This document shows, one piece after another, positions 23,000-33,844 of a DNA stretch of 64,000 nt. The position numbers and the translations under genes were made by a program. The DNA is from a virus. Its lineage: Duplodnaviria; Caudoviricetes. Position 1 is the stretch's first letter, and the number at the start of each line of letters is the position of its first letter. The notes under the pieces are model-generated. The model searched no databases. It was not told the origin of the DNA and saw only the letters and a program-made list of their open reading frames with translations. The stretch spans positions 64,001 through 128,000 of the IMG/VR virus record IMGVR_UViG_2595698832_000001; one strand, given 5' to 3'.

Positions 23000-24355
23000 A
23001 TGCCTTTAAGTGTAAATGAATTTATTAAGAAACCAAAATATTTTAAACCTTTTCTTAATAAATTAGAAACAAATGATTTTTTATTAGAAGGAGATCTTGG
23101 TGTTTTTAGTTTTGATTTAAAAGACCCTACAAATATTAGATTGTTTGAATTAATTAAAAGTATGAATATTGATGCTGTAGAACTTTTAATATATGACAAA
23201 GCTACTAAAAAATATAAAAACTTTAAAGGTTCAATTAATCGAAAGAAAGGTGAAATACCTTTTAGTAAAATTCATAAATCTAATGTATCTGGTTTAACAT
23301 TAAAAGGTCAAAAAAGTGATAACAAAGACGACTTAGCAGAGTGTGGTGTTGTATACTATTTAGATATGTTTTTAAATACTAAATTAACCGATATTAAATT
23401 CTATAATGAAACTCAAGTTAAAAATACTAGGACTAAGACGCCATTAGATTCTGTTAAAACATTTTTATTTGAAAATCCAGATTGGGATAAAGCTTGTAAA
23501 GATGCATCTAAATGTATTCTAAATGAAATTATTTTAAAACAAAACCTTAGAAATTATGAATTTCACCACAAAACTGATGTTTTTAATGATCTTAAAAAGC
23601 AAGGTAAACAATTAACTAAATTAGCAGAGGATAAATGGAATCCTGGAGATTTCTTTTTGGTTAAACCTACATATAAAATCAAATCATACAAAACTTATCA
23701 AGAACTTAACAAAGAAATTAATGATTTTGATAATATAATACCTATAAGTCTTAAGAAATCTGCTAAAGAAGCTTTAGGTGGTTCCTATGCTTTGAATAAT
23801 TTATCAGGTAATTATGGTTTACCAAATTTTAAGAGTATTAAATATAAATCATTCGATAATAATTTTTTTAATTTTTTTAAAGAATGTATGGTTGAATTAA
23901 AGAAGCATAAAAATTCAGATATCATTAGAGTTAGAACTAATAACATTAACTTAGCTGACATTTATGATGAAATTGCCAGCAATGCTAAAGCTGCTAATTT
24001 TTTCGAAGGGTTTCCACCGAGTTTAGCATTTATATCTATGAGTTCAAAATATTTTAATGATATTATATTTGAAGTTGTTTGTAATTGTTTAAGTAGATCT
24101 CTATTAAGTTCTAATTTTTATAAAGTTTCAGGAAATCATTTAGAAGTATTTGATACATTGCCTTCAGATTTAAAAATCGAATACTGTGTTGTCTCCTGCG
24201 ATGGTAATGCTGATATCAAATGGAATATTAAAATAGACGGTAAATTATGGAAATTGCAATTAAGATCTAAAGGTTCTTTACCACAATTTATGTTGGTACC
24301 TCAACCGGTAAGTGCTTCAAGTCAAGACAAAAAAATTCAAGCTATTAATGTTTAA
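23000..24355 (+). CDS. Putative PD-(D/E)XK restriction-endonuclease-like protein
   Basis: LAE...DKWNPGDFFL...IPISLKK motif arrangement. Confidence 0.5.
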   Translation: MPLSVNEFIKKPKYFKPFLNKLETNDFLLEGDLGVFSFDLKDPTNIRLFELIKSMNIDAVELLIYDKATKKYKNFKGSINRKKGEIPFSKIHKSNVSGLTLKGQKSDNKDDLAECGVVYYLDMFLNTKLTDIKFYNETQVKNTRTKTPLDSVKTFLFENPDWDKACKDASKCILNEIILKQNLRNYEFHHKTDVFNDLKKQGKQLTKLAEDKWNPGDFFLVKPTYKIKSYKTYQELNKEINDFDNIIPISLKKSAKEALGGSYALNNLSGNYGLPNFKSIKYKSFDNNFFNFFKECMVELKKHKNSDIIRVRTNNINLADIYDEIASNAKAANFFEGFPPSLAFISMSSKYFNDIIFEVVCNCLSRSLLSSNFYKVSGNHLEVFDTLPSDLKIEYCVVSCDGNADIKWNIKIDGKLWKLQLRSKGSLPQFMLVPQPVSASSQDKKIQAINV

Positions 24356-24432
24356 AAATCTGCACTCGAGTGTTAGATCTAGCACTATATTTAGCATCCA
24401 AATAAGTGAATAAATACATAAAAAGGATCATA

Positions 24433-24946
24433 ATGGCAAAATTAATCTTACAAAGAATACAAGAATGTACCAATGTTAGAAAACCAAGTAAAGAAAAAAT
24501 ACGAAGGATCTACATTATCTGATTTAATATTATATGATGACAATGATCAAATTCTTTGGAAAGGTGCTGCTTGTGAAAATGCCGGACCAAGCACAGAAGA
24601 ATCAGGAACTGATAAACGTATAACAGCAGGTTCTTATAAATTAGAATGGTGTGCTAGTTCTAAAAATGTTGGATTAGCTAAAAAATACCCACAATGGTAC
24701 AATAAAGATCGGTCAACCATAGCAATTTGGGTTAAAAGACCAAACGATGCTAATTTTAACAATAGATTAATCAGAATACATATTGGAAATTACCCACAAG
24801 ATACAGAAGGTTGTATTTTACCTGGTAAAACCAGAGGTGCTGGCATTGTTTCTAGTTCAGCAGATGCTTGCAACGAACTCTATACTAAAATAAAAGAAAT
24901 TGGAATTAAAACTGTAGATTTTATTATTAAAGAAATTGAAGCTTAA
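24433..24946 (+). CDS. DUF5675 / L,D-transpeptidase-fold putative endolysin (frameshift ~24495)
   Basis: MAKLILQR start after an AAGGA RBS; RITAGSY, IRIHIGNYPQDTEGCILPG. Confidence 0.7.
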
Positions 24947-24954
24947 GGATTAAA

Positions 24955-25297
24955 ATGAGGGGGTTAGTTTATAAATCACCACTTAAAGTTGATTTAGATT
25001 TAGCAGAATCTTATAAAGGTAATATATTTTTATATAATGAACCAATAAAAAATGATCCAGAATATAGCATACAAGATTCTATTGATTTAGTATCTAAACC
25101 AGATCCTGTAACTTTTAGTGAATCAATATCTTTAGATGATACTAACCACTTCAATATTGATTTCAATTTTTAACGAAACAGCGATATTAAGAGAATCTGT
25201 CTTTGATATAACTTCTGAGACTATTGATTCTGATTTTAGTAGAGATCCAGAGCCTGTAGATCCTGGATTTAACTCTGATTCAAAACCAAGTGTATAA
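24955..25297 (+). CDS. Acidic hypothetical protein (frameshift ~25170)
   Basis: 72-aa ORF continues in an adjacent open frame to TAA at 25297. Confidence 0.45.
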
Positions 25298-25325
25298 ATA
25301 AATACAAAAAAAACAAGGATTTTAA

Positions 25326-26081
25326 ATGTCAGATAAGTTAAAATTACTTTATGAATATCACGATGCTAATGTACTTATCGAAGAATCAGTTAACGACAAA
25401 AAAGAAAAAGTTAAAAAATATAAAATTGCTGGTATTTTTTCAACAATAGGTGAAAAAAACCGTAACGGTAGAATTTACCCAAAAGAACTCTGGGAAAGTA
25501 ATGTTAAAAAATACCAAGACGTTATAAAAAGCGGTTCTATTAATAGACTTTGTGAGTGGGAACATCCTGAAAGAGGTACAGTTGATCCTATGGAAGCAGT
25601 TGCTGCCATCAATAAACTTGAAATCAACGGCAAGTATGTTATGGGTGAAGCTACATTGTTAGATAATCCAAGAGCTAACCAATTAAAATCCTTAATAGAT
25701 AATGGTATTAAATTGTCTGTATCTAGTAGAGGTTCTGGTAGAGTTAAAAATGGTATTGTCGAATCATTTGATTTAATTACATATGATTTAGTATCTGCAC
25801 CAAGCGATTATAATGCTACTATGGAAGGAACATCTATATATGAATCACAAAAAGAATTTGTAATGGTGGATGGTAAATTAGTAGAATCTAAAGATTCTGA
25901 CAGTGCTAAAGATTCTGACAGCGATAGCAAAGCTGATACTAAAGATTCGAAAGATTCGAAAGATTCTGATTCAAACGATTCTAAAGATAATACTGAAGAT
26001 TCGAAACTAAAAGAATCTATTCTTAAAGAACATTTCTTAGAGTTTATTGAAATACTTAAGAACAAAAATAAAAACAAATAA
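25326..26081 (+). CDS. Prohead protease, T4 gp21-like
   Basis: KNRNGRIYP, EWEHP, VSSRGSG, TYDLVSAPS; C-terminal DSK low-complexity tract. Confidence 0.92.
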   Translation: MSDKLKLLYEYHDANVLIEESVNDKKEKVKKYKIAGIFSTIGEKNRNGRIYPKELWESNVKKYQDVIKSGSINRLCEWEHPERGTVDPMEAVAAINKLEINGKYVMGEATLLDNPRANQLKSLIDNGIKLSVSSRGSGRVKNGIVESFDLITYDLVSAPSDYNATMEGTSIYESQKEFVMVDGKLVESKDSDSAKDSDSDSKADTKDSKDSKDSDSNDSKDNTEDSKLKESILKEHFLEFIEILKNKNKNK

Positions 26082-26101
26082 TCTATAACAGGAGTTAAAA
26101 A

Positions 26102-26308
26102 ATGTATGACGATATTGTAAAGAATGTAATTCAAAATAAAGGGCTGGCTCAAGCAAGTAATGATTTCAGAGCTATTCTAATTGATAAGTTCGACTATATG
26201 CCAGAAATTAGATCAAGACTAGCTTCTATTGAAAAATATAGGGATATGAGAGCTTCACAATTTTCTGCAAATAATGCATATAACCCAGATCGAGATTCGA
26301 TTTCTTAA
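26102..26308 (+). CDS. Small hypothetical protein (possible prohead core component)
   Basis: 68-aa ORF with an AGGAG RBS after gp21. Confidence 0.5.
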   Translation: MYDDIVKNVIQNKGLAQASNDFRAILIDKFDYMPEIRSRLASIEKYRDMRASQFSANNAYNPDRDSIS

Positions 26309-26461
26309 ACATTTAAAATCCAAATTTTACTCGAGAGCTAACATTTTAAAATACTAAAATATTAGCTCTTCAGCTTCAAATTTCAAACCATAATCAGTTA
26401 ATTTTAATATATAATATAATATAATATAATATAATAAAACAAAATCATAAAAAGATTTATA

Positions 26462-27673
26462 ATGTTAAGCAAAGAAGAAATAAAATATTTTCAAACACAT
26501 AAAAATGAAATAACAGACGAACTCTTAGAAACAATTAGAGCTCAAGGAAAACTAGGAAAAGCACAAGCCTTAGAAATCTTAGATTTACCTAAAGACTCTG
26601 ACAACTATTACTTAGATGCGTATAATACGAGAATTAGTTATAATGGGTCTCGTGGTCTTAAAAAAGCTTACACAAAATTAAACTTAAGTCCGATACATAT
26701 CAGCGAGCTTGAAAAATGTGCGAATGATCCACTTTATTTCTTAAGAAATTATGTTCGAATGACTACACCAAAAGGTTTTGATTTCGTAGATTCTAGGCCA
26801 TACCAGGATGAATTTATACAATTGCTGAGCGATGATTCTATCGAAAACGTGATATCAATGCAGCCTCGTCAATGCATTGAAGCAAATACTAAAATAAATG
26901 TAAATGGTAATGAAACTACTATTATTGAATTATTCGTTAACCAAGAATCTAATAAAAGATTATATTTTAATAGTTCTAAGTTTATTGAAAGTTATGAATG
27001 TAAAGACAAATATGTAGAAACGCCTATAGGTAAAGTCAAAATTCTCGAAGTCCATAAAACTATTAAATACAATATTTTTGAGATAGAAACCGAAAATGGA
27101 TTCAAGTTACAAGCATCTGAATTACACGTATTAATAGACGAAAATGATAACGAATTATATGTTAGAGATTGTTTAAATAAGGTAATTAAAACAAAATCAG
27201 GACCTTCTAAAATAATATCTAAAACATTTATAAAATATGATCATTGTTATGATTTAACTTTAGAGCATTATCACCTTTATTACACCAATGGTGTTTTAAG
27301 TCATAATTCATCTAAATCAACTACAACAAGTGTAAAACTTGCACATTTATACTGTTTTAAGAAAGATCTTACCATAGGTATAGTTGCTTATAGTGGTAAT
27401 TCTGCCCGAGAGTTCTTAGATAAAACAAAGAAAATATTAATAGGTTTACCAATATGGATGCAGCCAGGAACAGTTACTTGGAATAAAGGTTCAATAGAAT
27501 GTGAAAATAATATACGTATTTTAACGGACGTGCCGAGCAACAGCTCATTTAGGGGATTCAGTTGCTGTCTCGAAAATACTCGAGTGCAGGTAAGAAATAA
27601 ATATACTAATAAAATAGAAACGCTTACCATAAAGGAATTGTATGCTAGGTTACAAGAACTCAAAAAATCTTAA
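26462..27673 (+). CDS. Terminase large subunit (gp17), N-terminal gene: extein + intein 1 + extein + split-intein N-half
   Basis: KCANDPLYF, RPYQ, QPRQ|SSKST Walker A, WNKGSIE, FRGFS. Confidence 0.93.
   Translation: MLSKEEIKYFQTHKNEITDELLETIRAQGKLGKAQALEILDLPKDSDNYYLDAYNTRISYNGSRGLKKAYTKLNLSPIHISELEKCANDPLYFLRNYVRMTTPKGFDFVDSRPYQDEFIQLLSDDSIENVISMQPRQCIEANTKINVNGNETTIIELFVNQESNKRLYFNSSKFIESYECKDKYVETPIGKVKILEVHKTIKYNIFEIETENGFKLQASELHVLIDENDNELYVRDCLNKVIKTKSGPSKIISKTFIKYDHCYDLTLEHYHLYYTNGVLSHNSSKSTTTSVKLAHLYCFKKDLTIGIVAYSGNSAREFLDKTKKILIGLPIWMQPGTVTWNKGSIECENNIRILTDVPSNSSFRGFSCCLENTRVQVRNKYTNKIETLTIKELYARLQELKKS
26873..27307 (+). mobile_element. Mini-intein 1 (145 aa) in TerL Walker A
   Basis: CIEANT...SELH...YDL...NGVLSHN|S. 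Confidence 0.9.
27563..27670 (+). mobile_element. Split intein 2, N-half (36 aa)
   Basis: CCLENTRVQV...TIKELY...stop, directly after RGFS. Confidence 0.85.
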
Positions 27674-28907
27674 ATTAACACATAATGTTGAATTTCCTAA
27701 GGACTTTTTAGAACCACACCCAATACCAAAATGTTCATTAAATGATGAAGAAAAACAAATAATAAAAAACATACTCGAAGAAGTTAATTTTTTTAATGCT
27801 AAATATAATAGTGAGTTAACAAGATTTAGATTCTGGGAGAGAACAAATCCAGAATTAGGTGCTAAATTTTTAAAAGATTTTAATTTTTTTAAATCCTATT
27901 ATCATAAAATTAGACTTATAGATTATATAAAGGTTTTTATATTAAATACAGAGACACAAAAAAGTCTTACCAGAAAATTTAAAGACATAGATGATTTTGT
28001 AAAAAATGCCAGATATTGTGATAGTACAATAGTAAACAATAATAAGTTGATAGAATCAAATGAAATTAAAAAATATATTAATTTTAAACCTATTAAAGCT
28101 AGTGAATTATTATTTTGTTATTATGCTAATATTAAAGATAGACCACTTTGTAAAATGTGCACCAAAGAAGTAGAGTTTCAAAATATGCAATATGGTTATA
28201 GATTGTTTTGTTCACCAGAATGTCAAATAACATACCATAATTCTAAAAAACCTATAAAGCATTCTAATTTATCACACGATGAAATTATAAAAATTATTAA
28301 GAGTGTCCCGCCTGATATCAGAAATACTGCAAATGAAAAAATAGCAAATATTTTTGGTAATGTACTTGAATATACAAAAGATTCGGATATCAGAGATGAT
28401 GAAAGATTATATCTATATGTTAATAAATTAAGTACTAACCACGTATTTTGTGAATGTGGAAATAAAAAATCATTTAAAAGCCAAATACAAGGTTATGCTA
28501 AAACTTGTGGGTCAATATATTGCATCTTACTAAGTAAAGGCCATAAACCCCGTAGGCCTAAAGGAACGTATTCTAATACTGTTTCTGGAAATGGTTACGG
28601 TATGCCCGGAAATGTTTATGTATTATATTCAGAATCATTAGGTGCTTACAAAGTAGGAATAACCAAAAACTTAGAACAGCGTTTAAGAGATTTAAGACGC
28701 TTTGTTCCTGACCTGGATTTAAAAATATGTGTATTCGTAAGCGACTCGGGCCGTGTCGAGAAATTTATACATAAAAAATATAAAGATAATAATGTTAAAT
28801 TTAGGGAGGGATTTCCAGGATCTGGCGAATTCTTTGATTTAAATAAAGCTGAAATGGAAGACATAACAAGAATATTAATAGAAGCGAACTTCAAGGAAAA
28901 TGTGTGA
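27642..28907 (+). mobile_element. Free-standing homing endonuclease (Zn-ribbon repeats + GIY-YIG/T5orf172-type domain)
   Basis: CKMC..FCSPEC and CECG..TCGSIYC; VYVL..YKVGIT..RL..E..IH..GEFF; overlaps both terminase halves. Confidence 0.8.
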
Positions 28908-29215
28908 GTGAAATCCAAGATATAAATCCATATGAAATATTAACACCACAAGGATTTAAACCTTTTGTTGATATCATTAAATCAATTCAAACAACTGGCA
29001 TAACAATAACTTTAGAGGATTCAAGAGAGATATCAGTTACATTAGATCACAAATTTAAACACTTAAATGATTATAAAGAAGCCAAATATTTTAAAGTAGG
29101 TGATAAATTACAGTGTTCAAAAATTATTAAAATTGAAAATATTGAAGGTGAATTTTATGAACCTTTAGAAGTTCAAGATCACGAGTATATAGCCAACGAC
29201 TTTATAAATCATAAT
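28904..29215 (+). mobile_element. Split intein 2, C-half (104 aa)
   Basis: ILTPQGF...VTLDH (block B)...YIANDFINHN|C. Confidence 0.85.
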
Positions 29216-30748
29216 TGTAATATAATCGTTGTTGATGAATGTTTAGAATACAGCACTACCATAAACATATATAGCAAAACGTTAAATGAATCTTTTGATA
29301 TTAAGATCGGAGACTTCTACAATCAAAATCCTAACATAAACAATTTCAAAGTTCTAACTTCTAATGGTTATAAATCATTCAAAGGTATTAAAAAAACTAT
29401 TAGACGCGATAACTTGCAAATATTTTTCGAAGATTCTAATATTATAGTAACACCTGAACATAAATTTTATGATAATGGAACTTTCATAAGAGCAAAGGAT
29501 ATAAAAATTAACGATATCATAAATGGTAAAAAAGTTAAATCAATTAAAGAAAATGTTGCTTGTAGCAATGAATTCTTTGATTTATTAGATGTTGAAGATG
29601 GTCATCATTTTACTGCTAATAATATAGAAGTTTCAAATTGTGCATATTTAGATCCAGCCTCTTGGATAGATTTCACTGATGGTGTTTTACCATCACAAGC
29701 TGGCTTAGCTTTCAAAAAATTAGTTATTTTATCTACACCTAAAGGTAAGAATCATTTTTACGATATTTGGCAGGGTGCTGGAGATACTTTAGATACTTCT
29801 GTTAATGGATTTGTAAAACATAAAGTAGATTGGAGATTAGTCCCAAGGTTTAAATCTGATGGTACTAAGTATGAACCAGAAGAATTTAAACAACAACAAA
29901 TTAAATCCAGTGGTCTAGTCATTTGGAATTCTGCATACGAATGCAAATTTGAAGGTTCTGCGATGACATTGATACCTAGTGAAATATTAGATACTTATAA
30001 ACCACAAGAACCAATAGAAGTTGATAATATTAAGGATTCTAAAATACTAATATACGAAGAACCAATACCCGGACATAAATACGTTATGGGTGTTGACACT
30101 GCTAAAGAAGGTGCTGATTTTACAGGGGTTCAAATATTTGATACTACAGATTTAAATTTCAGACAAGTAGCATCAGCAAAACTTAAAATAGATTATATGT
30201 TATTACCAGAGTTACTCAATGAGTATGGTTTAAGGTTCAATCAAGCTTTAATAATTGTAGAAAATAATGAAGGCTCTGGTCAAGTGGTTGCTGATATTCT
30301 CAAAAGAGATTATGAATATGAGAACTTATATTATGACGTCAATAAACAAAAACAAAGATTAAAATATCCTGGGTTCAGAACTACAAAATTATCAAGGGAT
30401 GTTATTTTACAAACTGTATCAACGTTAGCACAAGCTAATAAATTATTATTAGTGGACAAAGAAACTATTAAGGAGTTTGGAGTATTTACATTAAATGATA
30501 ATGGTAAGTACCAAGCAGCTGTAGGATATCACGATGATTTAGTAATGTCTTGTTGTTTATGTTTTGGTATTTTTACAAATGTTAAGAACTTTGAAGATAT
30601 GAAAGAAATTGTAGATTCTTTAAAAAGTTCCGAAGGAAAAAGTTTTGAGTATCTAACATTTGGAGCTTTTGCAGATGGTTTAGGTACAGAGCCAGATTCT
30701 AACACTGATAATAAGGATTTGAATCACAGTAATTTGGAATATTATTAA
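28904..30748 (+). CDS. Terminase large subunit, C-terminal gene: split-intein C-half + 8-aa extein + intein 3 + ATPase C-part/nuclease
   Basis: CNIIVVDE|CAY Walker B, LSTPKG.NHFY, GVDTA, IVENN, HDDLVM. Confidence 0.93.
   Translation: MSEIQDINPYEILTPQGFKPFVDIIKSIQTTGITITLEDSREISVTLDHKFKHLNDYKEAKYFKVGDKLQCSKIIKIENIEGEFYEPLEVQDHEYIANDFINHNCNIIVVDECLEYSTTINIYSKTLNESFDIKIGDFYNQNPNINNFKVLTSNGYKSFKGIKKTIRRDNLQIFFEDSNIIVTPEHKFYDNGTFIRAKDIKINDIINGKKVKSIKENVACSNEFFDLLDVEDGHHFTANNIEVSNCAYLDPASWIDFTDGVLPSQAGLAFKKLVILSTPKGKNHFYDIWQGAGDTLDTSVNGFVKHKVDWRLVPRFKSDGTKYEPEEFKQQQIKSSGLVIWNSAYECKFEGSAMTLIPSEILDTYKPQEPIEVDNIKDSKILIYEEPIPGHKYVMGVDTAKEGADFTGVQIFDTTDLNFRQVASAKLKIDYMLLPELLNEYGLRFNQALIIVENNEGSGQVVADILKRDYEYENLYYDVNKQKQRLKYPGFRTTKLSRDVILQTVSTLAQANKLLLVDKETIKEFGVFTLNDNGKYQAAVGYHDDLVMSCCLCFGIFTNVKNFEDMKEIVDSLKSSEGKSFEYLTFGAFADGLGTEPDSNTDNKDLNHSNLEYY
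29240..29638 (+). mobile_element. Mini-intein 3 (133 aa) directly after Walker B
   Basis: CLEYST...VTPEH...FDL...NNIEVSN|C; penultimate residue is Ser, not His. Confidence 0.88.
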
Positions 30749-30763
30749 AATTTTGGATTCTAA

Positions 30764-31493
30764 ATGAAAGAATATATTAAATACAACGATAGAAAATTTA
30801 CTTTAACAGCTTACAAAGTTAAAACTGAAAGAGATTTATTATTAACTGCAAGCTCAGATGATACTGTATACAGTAAAGATCTAAATGATTTAAACTTAGA
30901 CATTTACTTAAGAATCTTAGAACCTTATATAGATTCTAATATAAACATTTATGATTTATATCCGGAAGAAAAATTATTTTTACTTTATAGATTAAGAGCA
31001 ACTTCAGTTTCTGACCAATTATCTTTAAATACTAGGTGTGATTGTGGTTGTACTTTTAAATCTAACATAGATTTAGGAAAAATTGGAGATCTCCATAGTA
31101 TTGATACAAATACATACCCAGATTTGAAAGACGTTTATAGCCCAAATTTAACCGACATATACAGTGATTCTTACTTAGAATCTAATATTATGGATTATGA
31201 TTCTGAATTAGATATGTATTTAGAAGCTAATACTACTAAATTTAACTTTATTAAAGTTGTTAAATGTTATAATTGTAAGAAAGATCTTGAAATCGATTTA
31301 ACAAACCCAGAAATATATAAAAATATATTTTACAGAGAATCCTATAGGTGAGTTCTACAAAAGTTTGACAAGATTATCATTTCTAGGTAAGTTTACCATA
31401 GATGGTATTTTAAATGATTTATATCCATTTGAAAGAGAAATCTTTATAAGTTTAATAAATGATGAAGTAGAAGAACAAAATAAAGACACTTAA
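30764..31493 (+). CDS. Baseplate hub assembly protein, gp26-like with gp51-like tail (frameshift ~31335)
   Basis: YKVKTERDLL, LRATSV, CDCG, CYNC; downstream frame LYPFEREIFISLI. Confidence 0.65.
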
Positions 31494-31527
31494 AAAACAA
31501 TCTTAGTCTTTAAGTGCTTAGTGTGCG

Positions 31528-31947
31528 CTACTTTGTATTGTTTTTATCTAATCTATCCTTAATGCTTTCATTAATTTCTACAGTTATTTCAGATTTTAAG
31601 TCATTCTTGACTTCGGACTTAACTTCAGACTTTATAGCATCCTTAACATCATTCTTAATATTTTCAGCAAGTTTAGCTAAATCTTTATTTTTTTGTTTTT
31701 CTTTGAGTTGATCAATAATAACTTCTGGTTTTTTAGAACAACCAATTAAACTACCATTAAGATCTTGTTGTGGTGTTACATAATTTCCCGTCGATAAGTA
31801 TAAAACACCGTCTACACAAACTTGATTAATTCTGGAATCCGAAGTTCCACGAACTTCTTTGCCTGTTTTATCGCTGGAATAATCAGATCCACACCCTATT
31901 ATAAACAAAGCTAACAAAGCTATAACGAAACATTTTAGATTCTTCAT
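31528..31947 (-). CDS. Lipoprotein
   Basis: Signal peptide MKNLK-hydrophobic-FIIG|C lipobox; VCVDGVLY; coiled-coil C-terminus. Confidence 0.7.
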   Translation of the reverse strand: MKNLKCFVIALLALFIIGCGSDYSSDKTGKEVRGTSDSRINQVCVDGVLYLSTGNYVTPQQDLNGSLIGCSKKPEVIIDQLKEKQKNKDLAKLAENIKNDVKDAIKSEVKSEVKNDLKSEITVEINESIKDRLDKNNTK

Positions 31948-32328
31948 AGACCCTCTTTTAATATTATTTATGATTTTATGATTTTTGATTTAAAACTTTA
32001 GTTTTGAATTAAGAATGTTTTAAGATATTTTATAATATAATTACTCAAAGGAGATTGAAATGAAAGTAATTTTTTTATAATTTAATAGCACAAATCAAAG
32101 GGCTTAAAATTCATAAAAATGAAAAAGATACTTGGTATTTAAAATGGGATTTACACACCGGGTATTATATTGAAGGTTTAAATACTAAACGTAGATTATA
32201 TTGTAGTGGATATTCTGATAGTTTAAACAAATTAAAAGATTTGTATTGAAGCTTTGTATTAGTGTGAATAATAAAACGTTAAGAAACTTTTAAGATATTT
32301 TGCAATATAATTACATAAAGGAGATTCA

Positions 32329-33844
32329 ATGATCAAAAAATTAACCGATAGAGAACATATTCTAAAAAGACCTAGTATGTATATAGGTGCTATAGATTCT
32401 ACAAATACAGAAGATTTTATTATAGAATCAGGTAAAATTAAATACACTACTTTGAATTATGTACCCGGTTTAATTAAAATAATCAATGAGATTATCGATA
32501 ATTCAGTAGATGCTGCAATTAGATCTAAATTTAAATCTGGCTTAAATATCAGTGTTAAAATATCTAATGATACTGTTAGCATTGAAGATGATGGAACTGG
32601 TATACCAGTAATAAAATCAGGTGACCACTATATGCCAGAACTAGCTTGGAATCACGCTAAAGCAGGTTCTAACTTCGATGATGATGCTAATCGTGTAACA
32701 ATAGGTACCAACGGAGTTGGAAGTTATTGTACAAATGTTTGGAGTATTAATTTTAAAGGTATTACAGACGATGGTAAAAATAGATATATTTTTAAATCTA
32801 AAAACAATGCTGAAACTTATAGTGAAAATATAGAAGCTTCTAAAAAATCAGGAACTTTAGTAGAATTTAAACCAGATTTAGAAAGATTTAATCTTAAAGA
32901 AATCGATGAAACTCATAAGAATATAATCTATCAAAGATTATTAAACTTAGCTATTTGTTACCCAGAAATTAATTTTAAATTTAATTCTAAAAAAATAGAT
33001 TTTAAATCTTTTAAGAATTATTTAAATATGTTTAGTCCAGATTTTGAGTTATACGAAAATCAAAATATTAAAATTGGTATTATTCCAAATGAATTGGATG
33101 ACTTTAAACAATTTAGTTTTGTCAATGGTTTAAAAATACCAGACGGTGGTGTCCATATAGATACTATTATGAGCAATGTAGTTCAAGGTATAAGAGATAA
33201 ATTAGTTAAAAAATATAAAAGTATTAAACCTGGCGATATTAAAAATAAATTAATGATTGTTTGTTTTATTAATGAAATGCCAAATCTTAAATTTAATTCG
33301 CAGTCTAAAGAAAAAATTACAAACTCAGTAAAAGAATTTAATGATTTTTCTAATATAGATTATAATTTCATCAATAAAATTCTTAAAAATAAATCTATTA
33401 TAGATCCTATTATAGACATATATAAAGTTAAAGAAGCTTTAAATGCAGATAAAGCTCTTAAGAGTGTAGAAAAATCTAAGAAGTTAAAATCTAGAAAAAT
33501 ATTTTAGAGCAACAAAAAGTCAAAAATATCTTTGTATTTGTGAAGGTTTTTCCGCTTATGGTGGTATATCACAAGTTCTTGGAAATGAACATACGAGCTT
33601 CTATGTTCTTAAAGGTAAACCATTAAATTCCTGGGATGTCACTAATCAAAAATTTGCAGCCAATCGCGAATTATCTGAATTATATCAAATACTTTCTGAG
33701 AACGCAGAATTTGAAGATCTACAAGATGGTAAATTCTATGAAGTCACAATAGATGGTAAAACATATATTATGAATGCAAATGATACAATTGAAATTAATA
33801 ATATTAAATATAATTTCGAAGATCTACAAAAAGGATTGCAATGA
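32329..33844 (+). CDS. DNA topoisomerase II ATPase subunit, T4 gp39-like (frameshift ~33493)
   Basis: EHILKRPSMYIG, EIIDNSVD, DDGTGIP, GTNGVG, SQSKE; downstream frame CEGFSA...LKGKPLN. Confidence 0.92.

Noticed and set aside
33700-33844. Split intein joining the two topoisomerase halves
   Set aside because: No N-terminal Cys/Ser intein block here and no HN|C/S/T end in the 8511 protein
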